A stretch of DNA of 20,000 bases from an uncultured virus (IMG/VR IMGVR_UViG_3300020204_000044) (IMGVR_UViG_3300020204_000044); one strand, 5' to 3'; positions 1 to 9,004 are shown, counted from the first letter of the stretch. Numbers and translations: made by a program. The notes: generated by a model from the letters alone, not told the origin.

Positions 1-3000
1 GTTACCAAATGACTCATACCCCTGATAACTATTTTGTCGCCAACTTTTAATTGTTCTGTGAATCTTGTGCTCGCACCAAATACGCTGTTACTATCTGTGG
101 CAATACTAATCGTGCCGGTTAACTGGTTGGTGCTGGATCTTCGGACTACAGCCATTTCTTGTCCGTCATACTGATAGAAAATACCGTTTTGTTCATCGAA
201 TGCGCCAATACGCACCGTGGCACCGTGCCAGCGTTTTAGTAATATCTTACAATCGGGACCTAGTTGTGCTGTTGTTGTAGTTAAAGTTACATTTGATCTT
301 ACACGGAATCTACGTGCATCAATGATATTTTCAACAGTATAATCACCATTATATTCGAATGACAACATTCCGATGATTTCAATCTCGGCGCCTGGTTGTA
401 GACCGTGATCTGTGTCGTCTAGTGTAACTGTGATCAGGCTGTTAATCACAGTTGCTACAGCAGTGGCGCTGGCGATATTATAACTAGGCGCAAACAGCCC
501 GCCTGTGGTATACATCATACCTTTACCAGATTGGTAACGGATATATTTTTTACTCTGCCGTATGGCCTGTGCGCCGTGGCTGGGATTGCCTGTGCCTAAC
601 TGTACACCACCGTCAAACGGTCTGTGCGTAAAGAATGCGTCTGGTCTTGCATAAATTACCCCGGTCATGGCCGCAGCGGATGTATTAATCGTTCCTGTAG
701 TCCTGGAAGGAAATCTTATAGTAGTGGCTGACGGCACAGCAGTTACCACGTGTGGACCAGTACCTAATTGATGGTTGGCAGATGTTAAGTCAATACTTTG
801 GGCTGCGTTGGTGTTACCTACCGCGGCAAATCTTCCAAAGCCTGTATAGGTAGTATAAGCCACTTCTGCCCAATTTGATGTGCTAGCCAAGGTCCTCGCA
901 GTAAACGAACCCGTTTCACCGGTGAAAGAAGTCAGTGCAGATGTGCTGCCAGACGCTACAACTAGAAACACGTCATCACCGAATGTCACAGCACTCCAAG
1001 AGGCACTGCTGGGCAGTGTTGCTGCTGTCCAGACAGTGCCGTTGGTTGAAAATGCTGCGTTAGTTCCTCCAGAGGCAACTGCGAAGAAGCGATTGTTGCC
1101 AAAGGTTAGGCTTGACCAAGTGGTAGATGCTGGTAATGCTCCGGTGGCTATCCAGGATGCTCCGCCGTCTGCAGAATAATTTGCCAATGTACCGCCAGAT
1201 GCTATGGCTACAAAGTACACGCTGGTACCGACTAATCCCGCTGCAACATCCGTCCATGTGGTTGAAGAACTTAATGCTCCGCCTGCCGTCCATGTTTGTC
1301 CACCGTCTGTGGAAAATGCTGTGGCAGTACCGCCCGAGGCTATAGCCACGAATCTACCGTCTCCAAAAGTAACTGACACCCAGTTAGCTGAGGATGGTAG
1401 TGTTGCTGCTGTCCAGGTCTGTCCTCCATTAGCCGACCATGCTGCGGCATTGGATGTTGTCGTTGCTACTGCTACGAAATAATTTGTAGATCCGACAGTT
1501 CCTGCTGCCACAGATCTCCAGGCAGCACCTGAAGGCATATTTCCACCTGCCGACCAAGTTTGACCATCAGTCGATCTAGCAGAGGTAACTGAACTTGATA
1601 ATACTGCTGTATAAACACCTCCCAGGCCTGCTATCCCTGTCCATGTGCCCGATGCCGGCAAGGTTCTGGCCTGCGCGGCAAATTCTGGGGCAGGTTGAGA
1701 AGTGACCTGTGTCAATATTGTAGTGCCAGGCACGAGTCCATGCGCTGAAGTAAAATCAACCTGTACTGTAGCAATAGCACCGGTGTTAAGCACTGTGCCA
1801 TCTAAAATTGTTCCGGTTACTGCTTCACTGATGCTTAGGGTAGAATAAATCGCTATAGGATCACCTGCATATGGTGTTCCTTCTGCGGTTATGGTGGTGA
1901 TTACACCAGCACTTATTCCTGTGACCCTTACAATACAATCATTCGAAGGACTGGCACCATCCAATGCTGTGCCTAAAATTCTAATACGATTACCAACTTG
2001 ATACCCACTACCACCGTCGCCTGCTAATGCTATAGTTGCTGTATATGTTCCGTTTTCTCTTTCAATATCAAATTCTGCATCAGAACCTAATGCGGGAATA
2101 TTTGCTGCTCCCTCTGATGGATAAGTAGCATCACCAGTATCTCCTATCGGTGATCCAACGATTTCAAAATCTACTACATTTTGATTGGGGAATCCTACTC
2201 CGTTAATTTGTATGACAATATTATTGTCTGGGTTGGATCCTCCTAGGTCTGTACCTGAGAAAGTTACCGTATCACCGGGATTATATAATGTTCCACCTGC
2301 AGCCAAGGTTACTTCATATGCTCCCGTGCCGCCGGTTCTTACCACGTCAATTAAAAATCCGCTGCCGCCACCCGTGGTTGAGCTCTGGGCCACATTGGTA
2401 TAAGTAGCGCCTCCGGAAATCGCTGTGCCGGTAAAGTTGAATGTATCGATAGCACCGCCCGAATCAACTCCTGTAACAACAATTATTATATCATTGGCTG
2501 GCGTTGCACCGCCGACATCAGTGCCCAATATTAATAGATTGTCGCCTTCGGCATAATTAATACCGTTTGACGAACTATCCCCAGCGTCTGTTACTGTATA
2601 AATGCCTGCGCTGCGAAATATGTCAAAGGTCGCACCGGTACCAATAGGTGCGATATTTGTGCCTGTGACCGTAAGATTAGTTGCATTGGCGCCGATATAC
2701 GTTGCCCCAATTGCTGTTGATAGTGTAAGTTGATTACCGGCAATAGAATTGATAAAGGCAGCAGATCCAGCAGCATCTATGGCCATCTGTTGTTGCACAC
2801 CGGTTAAATCGACCAATGTAATTGTTGTATCTGAAGGTGATGTTACACTATCTCTTATGTTTGCATTGACTGTGCCAGATCCGACCACACCTGCTACTGA
2901 TGTACCACCGGGGATATTAGGAGATCCTGAAATAGGAGAACCTACTGTAGGCGCTGTCCCATCAAATGCAATAGAAAAACTGCCGGTTAGTGTATCAAAC

Positions 3001-4358
3001 TTTGATGTTACTGTGCTGCTTGATCCATTACTAAAAACAGAAAATGTTGGCTGTCCGATCGAAGCGCCGGTAAAAAACCCTGCTTGCCTGATCTGTGTAA
3101 AAGTAGTTAGAAGGCTGTCACCGCTATTTGTGCCTACCTTGGCGCTTGAAAAATAGGTAAAACTAACTGAACTAGGAATGCTGTAAATTAAAAAAGAACC
3201 TTCTGCTCGAGCAAATCCCGAAATAGCGGCATTCAATCCTTTTACAGTTATGGGTTGAGCGACTGAAAATCCATGAACACCGCTGGTAGTTACAGTAATC
3301 AATGAAGAACCAAACCCACCGGTATTCACTGATGCATCAGTGATGACATTACTAATTCCTAAGTCTGTTCCTGGAATTTCATAAACAGACGGGTACATAC
3401 GTATCGTACCCAATGCCTGCCACTTAGTAGGCTGTAGTCCATATTCAAAGTCAGCGTCAAGCATGGCCTGCGGTGCAGCCACACGCATACGCTCAATAGC
3501 ATCTGTGCCAAATTCCCAAGGACGAATCGTCTGTGCTGCTTCTTCTACAAATATCTGTAATTCAGTAGCAGAAGAAAGATTGCTGGTATCTGTGCTAAGA
3601 TTCAAAGTAGTTATGCTATCGTTAGCCTGATACCAAGATGGAAAGTCAACGTCACTGAGCAGTTGCCCATCGCTGCTGCTACGACCTTGTTTATATGTTA
3701 CTGTGATTGAGTTATTAGCATCAGCAAAATTATAAAGTATTTCGCCGCTATTGGTGTTTGTAATCAATAAAATAGAACTTACATCTATCTGACCAATTAA
3801 TCTAATAGAAGATACCCCAGTAACTTTTACAGGCATCGCCGGGATACCATTGGTGATCACATCTGTGAATATATTCCATAATGTGGTATTTCTTGAACTT
3901 GCTCCAGATTCTGCGTTTTGTCCTAGGATAAAAGCCTGCGGTACGGTGTTACCATATCCTGGACTCACTGCTGTATTAGTAAAAATAAAACTGTTGATGA
4001 TAGTTCTGAGATATGTCTGGGCGGTTGTTTCTGGAGTGACATCGCCTCGGATTTGTGGTTCGCCATCGATCCAGAAGTAGTCTGCTACCTGGCGGGATTG
4101 AACGTTACCACCGTATCTAAGATCGTGTAAGATCGCATCAATAAAAAATCCTACATCGCGAGTACATTTTTGACTGGCATAGGCGTAGCCTATATAAGGG
4201 GCTACATTATTTGCGATTTGATCGTTGATGAATGCTACTACTTGATTCTGTAAAAAAGTTTTGTTAGCGGCTAGTAATGCTACGGCCTTGGGGTATAGGT
4301 TATCATCTTTGCTGATACCTGGTTCAAATACATAATATTTTAACTGTTTCTTTGCCAT
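1..4358 (-). CDS. Giant phage virion structural protein (>1450 aa, runs off the left edge), T4-like cyanomyovirus-type
   Basis: Absent from the ORF track because it has no stop in the window. Manual translation from the ATG at 4358 (preceded by AAGGAAAAGAATAA) gives MAKKQLKYYVFEPGISKDDNLYPKAV... and stays open to ...GDKIVIRGMSHLV at position 3. It contains a CTRDVGFFIDAILHDLRYGGN repeat, RPWEFGTDAIERMRVAAPQAMLDADFEYGLQPTKW, three GxYxV..GG..Y..GD..I.GT.LGG..P.N domains, six Asp-box-like SxD/NGxxW repeats and HRPFDGGVQLGTG..HGAQAIRQSKKYIRYQSGKG. I recall these blocks from myovirus virion proteins (not verified by search). Confidence 0.85.
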   Translation of the reverse strand, partial: MAKKQLKYYVFEPGISKDDNLYPKAVALLAANKTFLQNQVVAFINDQIANNVAPYIGYAYASQKCTRDVGFFIDAILHDLRYGGNVQSRQVADYFWIDGEPQIRGDVTPETTAQTYLRTIINSFIFTNTAVSPGYGNTVPQAFILGQNAESGASSRNTTLWNIFTDVITNGIPAMPVKVTGVSSIRLIGQIDVSSILLITNTNSGEILYNFADANNSITVTYKQGRSSSDGQLLSDVDFPSWYQANDSITTLNLSTDTSNLSSATELQIFVEEAAQTIRPWEFGTDAIERMRVAAPQAMLDADFEYGLQPTKWQALGTIRMYPSVYEIPGTDLGISNVITDASVNTGGFGSSLITVTTSGVHGFSVAQPITVKGLNAAISGFARAEGSFLIYSIPSSVSFTYFSSAKVGTNSGDSLLTTFTQIRQAGFFTGASIGQPTFSVFSNGSSSTVTSKFDTLTGSFSIAFDGTAPTVGSPISGSPNIPGGTSVAGVVGSGTVNANIRDSVTSPSDTTITLVDLTGVQQQMAIDAAGSAAFINSIAGNQLTLSTAIGATYIGANATNLTVTGTNIAPIGTGATFDIFRSAGIYTVTDAGDSSSNGINYAEGDNLLILGTDVGGATPANDIIIVVTGVDSGGAIDTFNFTGTAISGGATYTNVAQSSTTGGGSGFLIDVVRTGGTGAYEVTLAAGGTLYNPGDTVTFSGTDLGGSNPDNNIVIQINGVGFPNQNVVDFEIVGSPIGDTGDATYPSEGAANIPALGSDAEFDIERENGTYTATIALAGDGGSGYQVGNRIRILGTALDGASPSNDCIVRVTGISAGVITTITAEGTPYAGDPIAIYSTLSISEAVTGTILDGTVLNTGAIATVQVDFTSAHGLVPGTTILTQVTSQPAPEFAAQARTLPASGTWTGIAGLGGVYTAVLSSSVTSARSTDGQTWSAGGNMPSGAAWRSVAAGTVGSTNYFVAVATTTSNAAAWSANGGQTWTAATLPSSANWVSVTFGDGRFVAIASGGTATAFSTDGGQTWTAGGALSSSTTWTDVAAGLVGTSVYFVAIASGGTLANYSADGGASWIATGALPASTTWSSLTFGNNRFFAVASGGTNAAFSTNGTVWTAATLPSSASWSAVTFGDDVFLVVASGSTSALTSFTGETGSFTARTLASTSNWAEVAYTTYTGFGRFAAVGNTNAAQSIDLTSANHQLGTGPHVVTAVPSATTIRFPSRTTGTINTSAAAMTGVIYARPDAFFTHRPFDGGVQLGTGNPSHGAQAIRQSKKYIRYQSGKGMMYTTGGLFAPSYNIASATAVATVINSLITVTLDDTDHGLQPGAEIEIIGMLSFEYNGDYTVENIIDARRFRVRSNVTLTTTTAQLGPDCKILLKRWHGATVRIGAFDEQNGIFYQYDGQEMAVVRRSSTNQLTGTISIATDSNSVFGASTRFTEQLKVGDKIVIRGMSHLV
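880..1670 (-). repeat. Six Asp-box/BNR-like protein repeats (about 43 aa), probable beta-propeller
   Basis: RSTDGQTW, WSANGGQTW, FSTDGGQTW, YSADGGASW, FSTNGTVW, TSFTGETGSF. An exact 18-nt direct repeat agtgttgctgctgtccag occurs at 1015-1032 and 1399-1416. Confidence 0.75.
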
Positions 4359-4370
4359 TTATTCTTTTCC

Positions 4371-4967
4371 TTATGCCCCGAAGGCGATAGCGAATGCTGA
4401 AATTCTTGCGTCTACATAATCTTTTCTTGTGGCATGCGTACTCAATGATGGTGTATTGCCCAATGTTAAATCACCATCAACGCTCAGATCGTCAGTGATT
4501 GATGCATTTCCCTGCACAGACAATTCACCAGAACTATCCCCTGGGCCAACATTCAATGATGTAAAGTTTCCTGCTGCGGGATTTTGAAGACCGATTTCTA
4601 TATTGTCCATACGACCGACCGCAGCAAAACTTTCTATTTCTACGTGGCCATTGACCACACTGAAATACGGTGATGATCCCTGAGCGATTCTAAGATCTCC
4701 GTCAATGTTGAGAAATTCAAGTGTTCCTAATCTTGTGAGCGAACTACCTATGATCTGGCTGCCTAACGCTACCAATGATGATTCATCGAAATCCGCTTCT
4801 ATTAATTGTATATTTTTTACATATATCTGATCGGCACGCAGTATGCTTTCTTGGCCTTGGCCACCTACTTCTAATGCTCTGACCTGCACATTACCTAATT
4901 CGTCGACAGTAAATCCCGGACTACGAAAGCCGCTTTTAGACTCGAAAGGTATGTAATTTATTGACAT
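4371..4967 (-). CDS. Putative virion/tail-fibre-associated protein (198 aa)
   Basis: ORF with SD GCGGAGA. It has fibre-like LSVQGNASITDDLSVDGDLTLG repeats, a HATRKDYVD motif (the DA(A/T)xKxYVD type seen in phage fibres) and a hydrophobic C-terminus SAFAIAFGA. Confidence 0.65.
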   Translation of the reverse strand: MSINYIPFESKSGFRSPGFTVDELGNVQVRALEVGGQGQESILRADQIYVKNIQLIEADFDESSLVALGSQIIGSSLTRLGTLEFLNIDGDLRIAQGSSPYFSVVNGHVEIESFAAVGRMDNIEIGLQNPAAGNFTSLNVGPGDSSGELSVQGNASITDDLSVDGDLTLGNTPSLSTHATRKDYVDARISAFAIAFGA

Positions 4968-5017
4968 TTAGATCTCCGCTATCACACCAACAACGACTAC
5001 TACAAAGACTACGATAG

Positions 5018-5025
5018 TATTTAGT
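5018..5025 (-). promoter_or_regulatory. Putative T4-type late promoter (ACTAAATA)
   Basis: Minus strand reads ACTAAATACTAT in the intergenic gap, about 50 nt upstream of the 4967 ATG. It resembles the gp55-dependent TATAAATA consensus. Confidence 0.55.
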
Positions 5026-5036
5026 CTAGGTATCTG

Positions 5037-5474
5037 TTAATACTGTACTAGATTGTTTACGGTATAATAATAGTTCGCGCTGAATATCACCTTCGCTCCG
5101 GCCAATAACGTAGAATTATCATAGGTGCTGTCAGTAGGACTAGTAGCGCCTCTTATCGTGACCGTGCATTTTGATGCTGTTACTACTACATTTAGATCGA
5201 TTAGATTTTCATTGAGATTGGTTCTGCCATATACCGTGACTGCAGCAGACTCAGGACCCGCTACCACTAGTGCCTTGATCATTTCTTTTCTGGTATTGCC
5301 CGCATCTATGACTATGGTATATTCCGCAGACATAAAGTCTCCTACATAAAATTCGTCCAATACAGCATTTTCAGTGAACAGAATCCACGGGCCTTTATAG
5401 GAGAAATTTACTCCATTCTGCAATCGAAGAGTATTTTTTATACCCTGTAAGAAAAAGTTAGCGAAATTTAACAT
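5037..5474 (-). CDS. Small putative virion structural protein (145 aa)
   Basis: ORF containing a beta-rich SAEYTIVID..KEMIKALVV....AAVTVYG segment. This resembles the ~90-aa 'SA(K/E)Y...YG' domain recurrent in myovirus fibre and virion proteins (recalled, not searched). Confidence 0.55.
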   Translation of the reverse strand: MLNFANFFLQGIKNTLRLQNGVNFSYKGPWILFTENAVLDEFYVGDFMSAEYTIVIDAGNTRKEMIKALVVAGPESAAVTVYGRTNLNENLIDLNVVVTASKCTVTIRGATSPTDSTYDNSTLLAGAKVIFSANYYYTVNNLVQY

Positions 5475-5477
5475 AAG

Positions 5478-5515
5478 AGATCCGATCTATAGTGTATTTA
5501 CCATAGAGCGGATCT
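5478..5515 (-). promoter_or_regulatory. 13-bp hairpin with a late-type promoter (GGTAAATA, 5495-5502) in its loop, overlapping the RBS of the 5474 gene
   Basis: Arms 5478-5490 (agatccgatctat) and 5503-5515 (atagagcggatct) are reverse complements with one mismatch. The minus-strand loop is GGTAAATACACT, and the 3' arm ends 3 nt before the ATG. Confidence 0.65.
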
Positions 5516-5518
5516 TGT

Positions 5519-7351
5519 TTAGTTTGGTATTTTTACTAATTTACCGTACTCTGGAAGATAGAGATATTCGATATCGGATTTTTCCAGCGTCCACAGCGCA
5601 TCATCGAGAGTTTCCACTAAAGGCTCGCCACCGAGATTGAAACTGGTATTAAACACTATAGGAATTCCAGTTTCATCTTTGAAAGCCTTGATTAGATCGT
5701 GGTAGTGTGGATTCTGCTCTCTGTTAACTGTCTGTATGCGGCAGGTACCATCTTCATGTATGATCGAAGGAATCTTTTCGGCGATGCCCGGTTGGCAATT
5801 GACAGCATACATCATGAACGGTGAGTTTTTCATCCCTCTGAGGTCGAACCATTCGTGTACATCTTCTTCTAAGACAGATCCTGCGAACGGACGGAAGTAC
5901 TCTCTACGTTTGACCATATTGACATAATCTTTGCCGTCGGGGAATGTGGGATCAAACAGCACAGATCTATTACCCAATGCTCTAGGACCGTTTTCTGATC
6001 GACCTTGGAATATGGTCACGATATTCTTTTCACGTAGCAGTTTAACGATGTCTTTGTGTGCAGCATCGACAACTGTAGCGTCTTTGATCGCAGCAACCTT
6101 GCTTTCGATTTCTTCGTTGGTGTAACAATATGAAGGTCCGAGATACAGCGTGTCGTGTACACGGATAGTTTCATCATTTTGCATTCCGTACCAAAACATC
6201 AGAGCAGCGCCAATCGCGGTGCCTGCATCGTTCGAAATAGGTTCGACATAAAAATTGATGCCTTCTTTTTCGAGTTCTGCGAGATAATAATAATTGGCCA
6301 CGCAATTGAGTCCATATCCCCCGCTGAGCACGACATTTTTACGCCCTGTCCGTTTGACCGCGTCTTTGATCAATTTAAGTACCTGCTCCTGGGTCTGTGT
6401 CTGCACCGCGTAGGCCATGTCTCTCCGGCTCTGTAGATAAGTGACATCATCGCCGGGGGCCTGAGGCATTTCATCTAGCCCGTCGAACAGATATCCGTTA
6501 ACCATGGCACTCATTGGATACTTAGGAACAAATAAATTCCTGTTTGTTAAAGGAATCTTAGATGTCTCATCAAACAATGGTGGGATTTTATCGTTAGGTC
6601 TGCCGTAGGGAAACAGTCCCATGGTTTTTCCGGCCTCGATCGCTGAAAATCCGCAGTATTCTGTCACTGCTTCATAGGCCTTGACTATACCTGCATGGTC
6701 AGTGACCCATGCTTCGTGCGTATCACCGTCTTCTCCTAGATTGTTGCTAGGAAAATTAGACAGATACGCTCCAGCGATAGGCTCTTTGGTGCCGTAGTGT
6801 TTGTATAATGTTTTGAACTCTGCAGGATAATCACAGTTCACAATCGACTCAACTTCCCATACCCAGATCGGCATTTCGTTGTAAGACATCTGATAAAACG
6901 TTCCTGCTCCGTCAACCACTACGCTGACCGCATCTTTGAATCCGCTGCGATAAAAAGCGCAGGCAGAATGTAATTTATGATGCATGAAACTTAGATCGAT
7001 CACTTGCGGATGGCGATGCAGATCCTTGACCTTGCGATCTATGAGATTCAACTTTCTCGCTAGACCAGTATATACATCGTCACCTGTATAGTCTATCTTA
7101 CCAGCCGTTTCATAGAGATTCTGTGTATGCGCGATTATCAAATAATCTAGTTTATCTGTGTATTCTAAAATTTTAACCATCGAGGCCAATGGACCGCCAT
7201 CATATTTTTGGCGTGTGAATCTTTCCTCTTCGATGGCAAATACTATTTCGCCATCTTTGAGCAAACAAACGCCACTGTTATGCCCCCTAGCGATACCTGC
7301 TATCCAAACAGGTTTTTTCTCTTTTTTGATTTCGATAGTTTTAACTGTCAT
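5519..7351 (-). CDS. O-carbamoyltransferase, NodU/CmcH/TobZ family (Kae1-like plus YrdC-like domains), 610 aa
   Basis: Family motifs are present throughout: GHNSGVCLLKDGEIVFAIEEERFTRQK, HHKLHSACAF, VVVDGAG, GKTMGLFPYG, SGGYGLNCVAN, EPISNDAGTAIGAA, GRSENGPRALGNRS, KRREYFRPFA, SPFM, HEDGTCRIQTV, NTSFNLGGEPLVET. The start overlaps the upstream GT stop by 11 nt. Confidence 0.93.
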   Translation of the reverse strand: MTVKTIEIKKEKKPVWIAGIARGHNSGVCLLKDGEIVFAIEEERFTRQKYDGGPLASMVKILEYTDKLDYLIIAHTQNLYETAGKIDYTGDDVYTGLARKLNLIDRKVKDLHRHPQVIDLSFMHHKLHSACAFYRSGFKDAVSVVVDGAGTFYQMSYNEMPIWVWEVESIVNCDYPAEFKTLYKHYGTKEPIAGAYLSNFPSNNLGEDGDTHEAWVTDHAGIVKAYEAVTEYCGFSAIEAGKTMGLFPYGRPNDKIPPLFDETSKIPLTNRNLFVPKYPMSAMVNGYLFDGLDEMPQAPGDDVTYLQSRRDMAYAVQTQTQEQVLKLIKDAVKRTGRKNVVLSGGYGLNCVANYYYLAELEKEGINFYVEPISNDAGTAIGAALMFWYGMQNDETIRVHDTLYLGPSYCYTNEEIESKVAAIKDATVVDAAHKDIVKLLREKNIVTIFQGRSENGPRALGNRSVLFDPTFPDGKDYVNMVKRREYFRPFAGSVLEEDVHEWFDLRGMKNSPFMMYAVNCQPGIAEKIPSIIHEDGTCRIQTVNREQNPHYHDLIKAFKDETGIPIVFNTSFNLGGEPLVETLDDALWTLEKSDIEYLYLPEYGKLVKIPN

Positions 7352-8282
7352 CTCTTTTTCCTAGTACGTGTTCCACTACCAATGTGGTAATATCGTCATT
7401 CATCGTCATTATATTTTCATTTAGTCTATCCACACGTTCGTCTGGGAGAATGCGGATCGGACTGTACTCTCGACTCACCTCTCCCATATCTAGTATATCA
7501 AAATAATCGCAATCTGGATATGATACATTGATAGGATATGTCGATCCCGTGATAACTGTAGAAGGAGTTTCCATGATATAGGCTAGATGCTGTCCTAGGC
7601 TATCGCATCCAAGGAAATGCTGGGCATATTTGATGATCGCTGCCCAAATACGGAAATTGACATTTTCCGGCATGGCCACTTCATCTTTGAGTTTGGCGTC
7701 AGACAGATCTATCTTAAACTCGCTCATTAATATCACAGCAAAGTCTTTTTCTTGTAGTTTTTTTATGATCTGCTTGACATCTTTTAATTCGAAACTCCTT
7801 GCGGTTCTATCCACTAGAGTTTCGTCAATGTATTCGATACCTCGACCAAATGGCTGTAAAACTACTAACTTGTCTTTTTTGAGTTTCTGTTTAACCTGGC
7901 TCACTACCTGTCGACCATTCAATAGTTCATCTTTGCTGAGTCTGAACGTCGGTTTTGGTAATTCTCTGATGCCCTTGTCATTGATCTGTATATCAAAGGC
8001 CTGTGCGATAGAACACTGTTGATTATAATATTCCCAGATCCTGTAAGGTTCAGTGGTAACGATATCTCGATCGCGCAAATAATCTTTGAACAGTCCTTTA
8101 TGCCAAACATCATAAGTTCTGCTGTCTAAGGTAGGATGCCCTTTGAAAACATCTGTACCGCCTTCGCAGACGATGATAAAATCTCTATCTCCCGATTCTT
8201 CTTCGTACTTTTCGAATGCTGGAACAGATGTGATCATGCGGCCAGCGCCACCGTTTACGAAGAATGCTTTTGATCTGGTCAT
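7341..8282 (-). CDS. GT-B glycosyltransferase, GT9 (ADP-heptose heptosyltransferase)-like, 313 aa
   Basis: N-terminal FFVNGGAGRMITSVP, central LVVLQPFG and C-terminal AAIIKYAQHFLGCDSLGQHLAYIMETPSTVITGSTYP match the GT9 pattern (a.li..a..fig.DS...HlA.a...p.v.l.G.t.p). SD GGAG lies 6 nt before the ATG. Confidence 0.75.
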   Translation of the reverse strand: MTRSKAFFVNGGAGRMITSVPAFEKYEEESGDRDFIIVCEGGTDVFKGHPTLDSRTYDVWHKGLFKDYLRDRDIVTTEPYRIWEYYNQQCSIAQAFDIQINDKGIRELPKPTFRLSKDELLNGRQVVSQVKQKLKKDKLVVLQPFGRGIEYIDETLVDRTARSFELKDVKQIIKKLQEKDFAVILMSEFKIDLSDAKLKDEVAMPENVNFRIWAAIIKYAQHFLGCDSLGQHLAYIMETPSTVITGSTYPINVSYPDCDYFDILDMGEVSREYSPIRILPDERVDRLNENIMTMNDDITTLVVEHVLGKRDDS

Positions 8283-8296
8283 TTAAACTCCAATAA

Positions 8297-8349
8297 AAAA
8301 GGCCTTGTACAGATTATATATCCTCAGGGATAAATGTACAAGACCTTTT
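8297..8349 (-). terminator. Intrinsic terminator-like hairpin after the Cys-rich/chaperone operon
   Basis: Minus strand reads AAAAGGTCTTGTACA-(23 nt, with an inner TATCC/GGATA stem)-TGTACAAGGCCTTTTTT. This is a 15-bp inverted repeat with one G.U pair, followed by a U tract. The loop is unusually large. Confidence 0.6.
8313..8341 (-). promoter_or_regulatory. Sigma70-type promoter TTGTAC-N17-TATAAT for the GT/carbamoyltransferase pair
   Basis: Minus strand: -35 TTGTAC (8341-8336), a 17-nt spacer ATTTATCCCTGAGGATA, and a perfect -10 TATAAT (8318-8313), about 30 nt upstream of the GT ATG. Confidence 0.75.
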
Positions 8350-8359
8350 CTGGTTTAAA

Positions 8360-9004
8360 TTACAGTGGTGGTGTTGAGAGACAGTTTATCTTCCAATGAT
8401 CCACATTGGCATATTTTGTGGGTACAGATTCACAAAATTCGTAGTGTGTTTTGAATTTTTCTAGATCTGCTGCTAGATAATTACCGCTGTTATAGGCATC
8501 TCTGTATGTTTTTGCCTGTTGAGCCATAGATGCCAAGAAATCCTGCCTAGTAATGGCATGCACACGATATCTTGGGCGTATCCAAGTATTTGTTGGACGG
8601 TCGTAGCGGATATCATCGACGTAGAATGGCTGTGTTAAAGCACCGTTGAAGTCATCGTAGTTGTATTCCCAGGTTTCGCCGGTAGGCAGAGTTTCTCGAT
8701 AGTTTGGAACTTCACCATGCTCGTACTCGTTAGTGATGTGTGCTGCTTCCCAAGTATGGGTTTCGGCATCTAGCACGATCTGGAAAGTGTCACCATCGAG
8801 TGCCAGTTGTTCCTTAGTCATCTTAAAAGGCTCTAATTCTTCTGCGGTATCTGCTCGTCTTTCCAAGGCAAACATGGTTCCATCACCGTTCAAACGGATC
8901 AACAGGAATCGTCTACCGGTGTAGATACAATCTACTGTGATGTTTTTCTTGGTAGTGGTCTTGTATGGTTCGTCTGGAAGAACCGTTTTAAATGCTTTTC
9001 TCAT
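8360..9004 (-). CDS. Hypothetical protein, possible tail-fibre assembly chaperone or partner (214 aa)
   Basis: Its ATG abuts the upstream TAA, with SD GAGAGGGT. It is charged and soluble. The C-terminus HYEFCESVPTKYANVDHWKINCLSTPP loosely recalls Tfa-like chaperone tails (..P..y.....i.xP..P), and it lies directly after the fibre-like genes. Confidence 0.45.
   Translation of the reverse strand: MRKAFKTVLPDEPYKTTTKKNITVDCIYTGRRFLLIRLNGDGTMFALERRADTAEELEPFKMTKEQLALDGDTFQIVLDAETHTWEAAHITNEYEHGEVPNYRETLPTGETWEYNYDDFNGALTQPFYVDDIRYDRPTNTWIRPRYRVHAITRQDFLASMAQQAKTYRDAYNSGNYLAADLEKFKTHYEFCESVPTKYANVDHWKINCLSTPPL

Noticed and set aside
1015..1416. Direct repeats as a CRISPR array
   Set aside because: They are codon-phased remnants of protein repeats (WTAATL), with no constant repeat-spacer periodicity and no cas genes.
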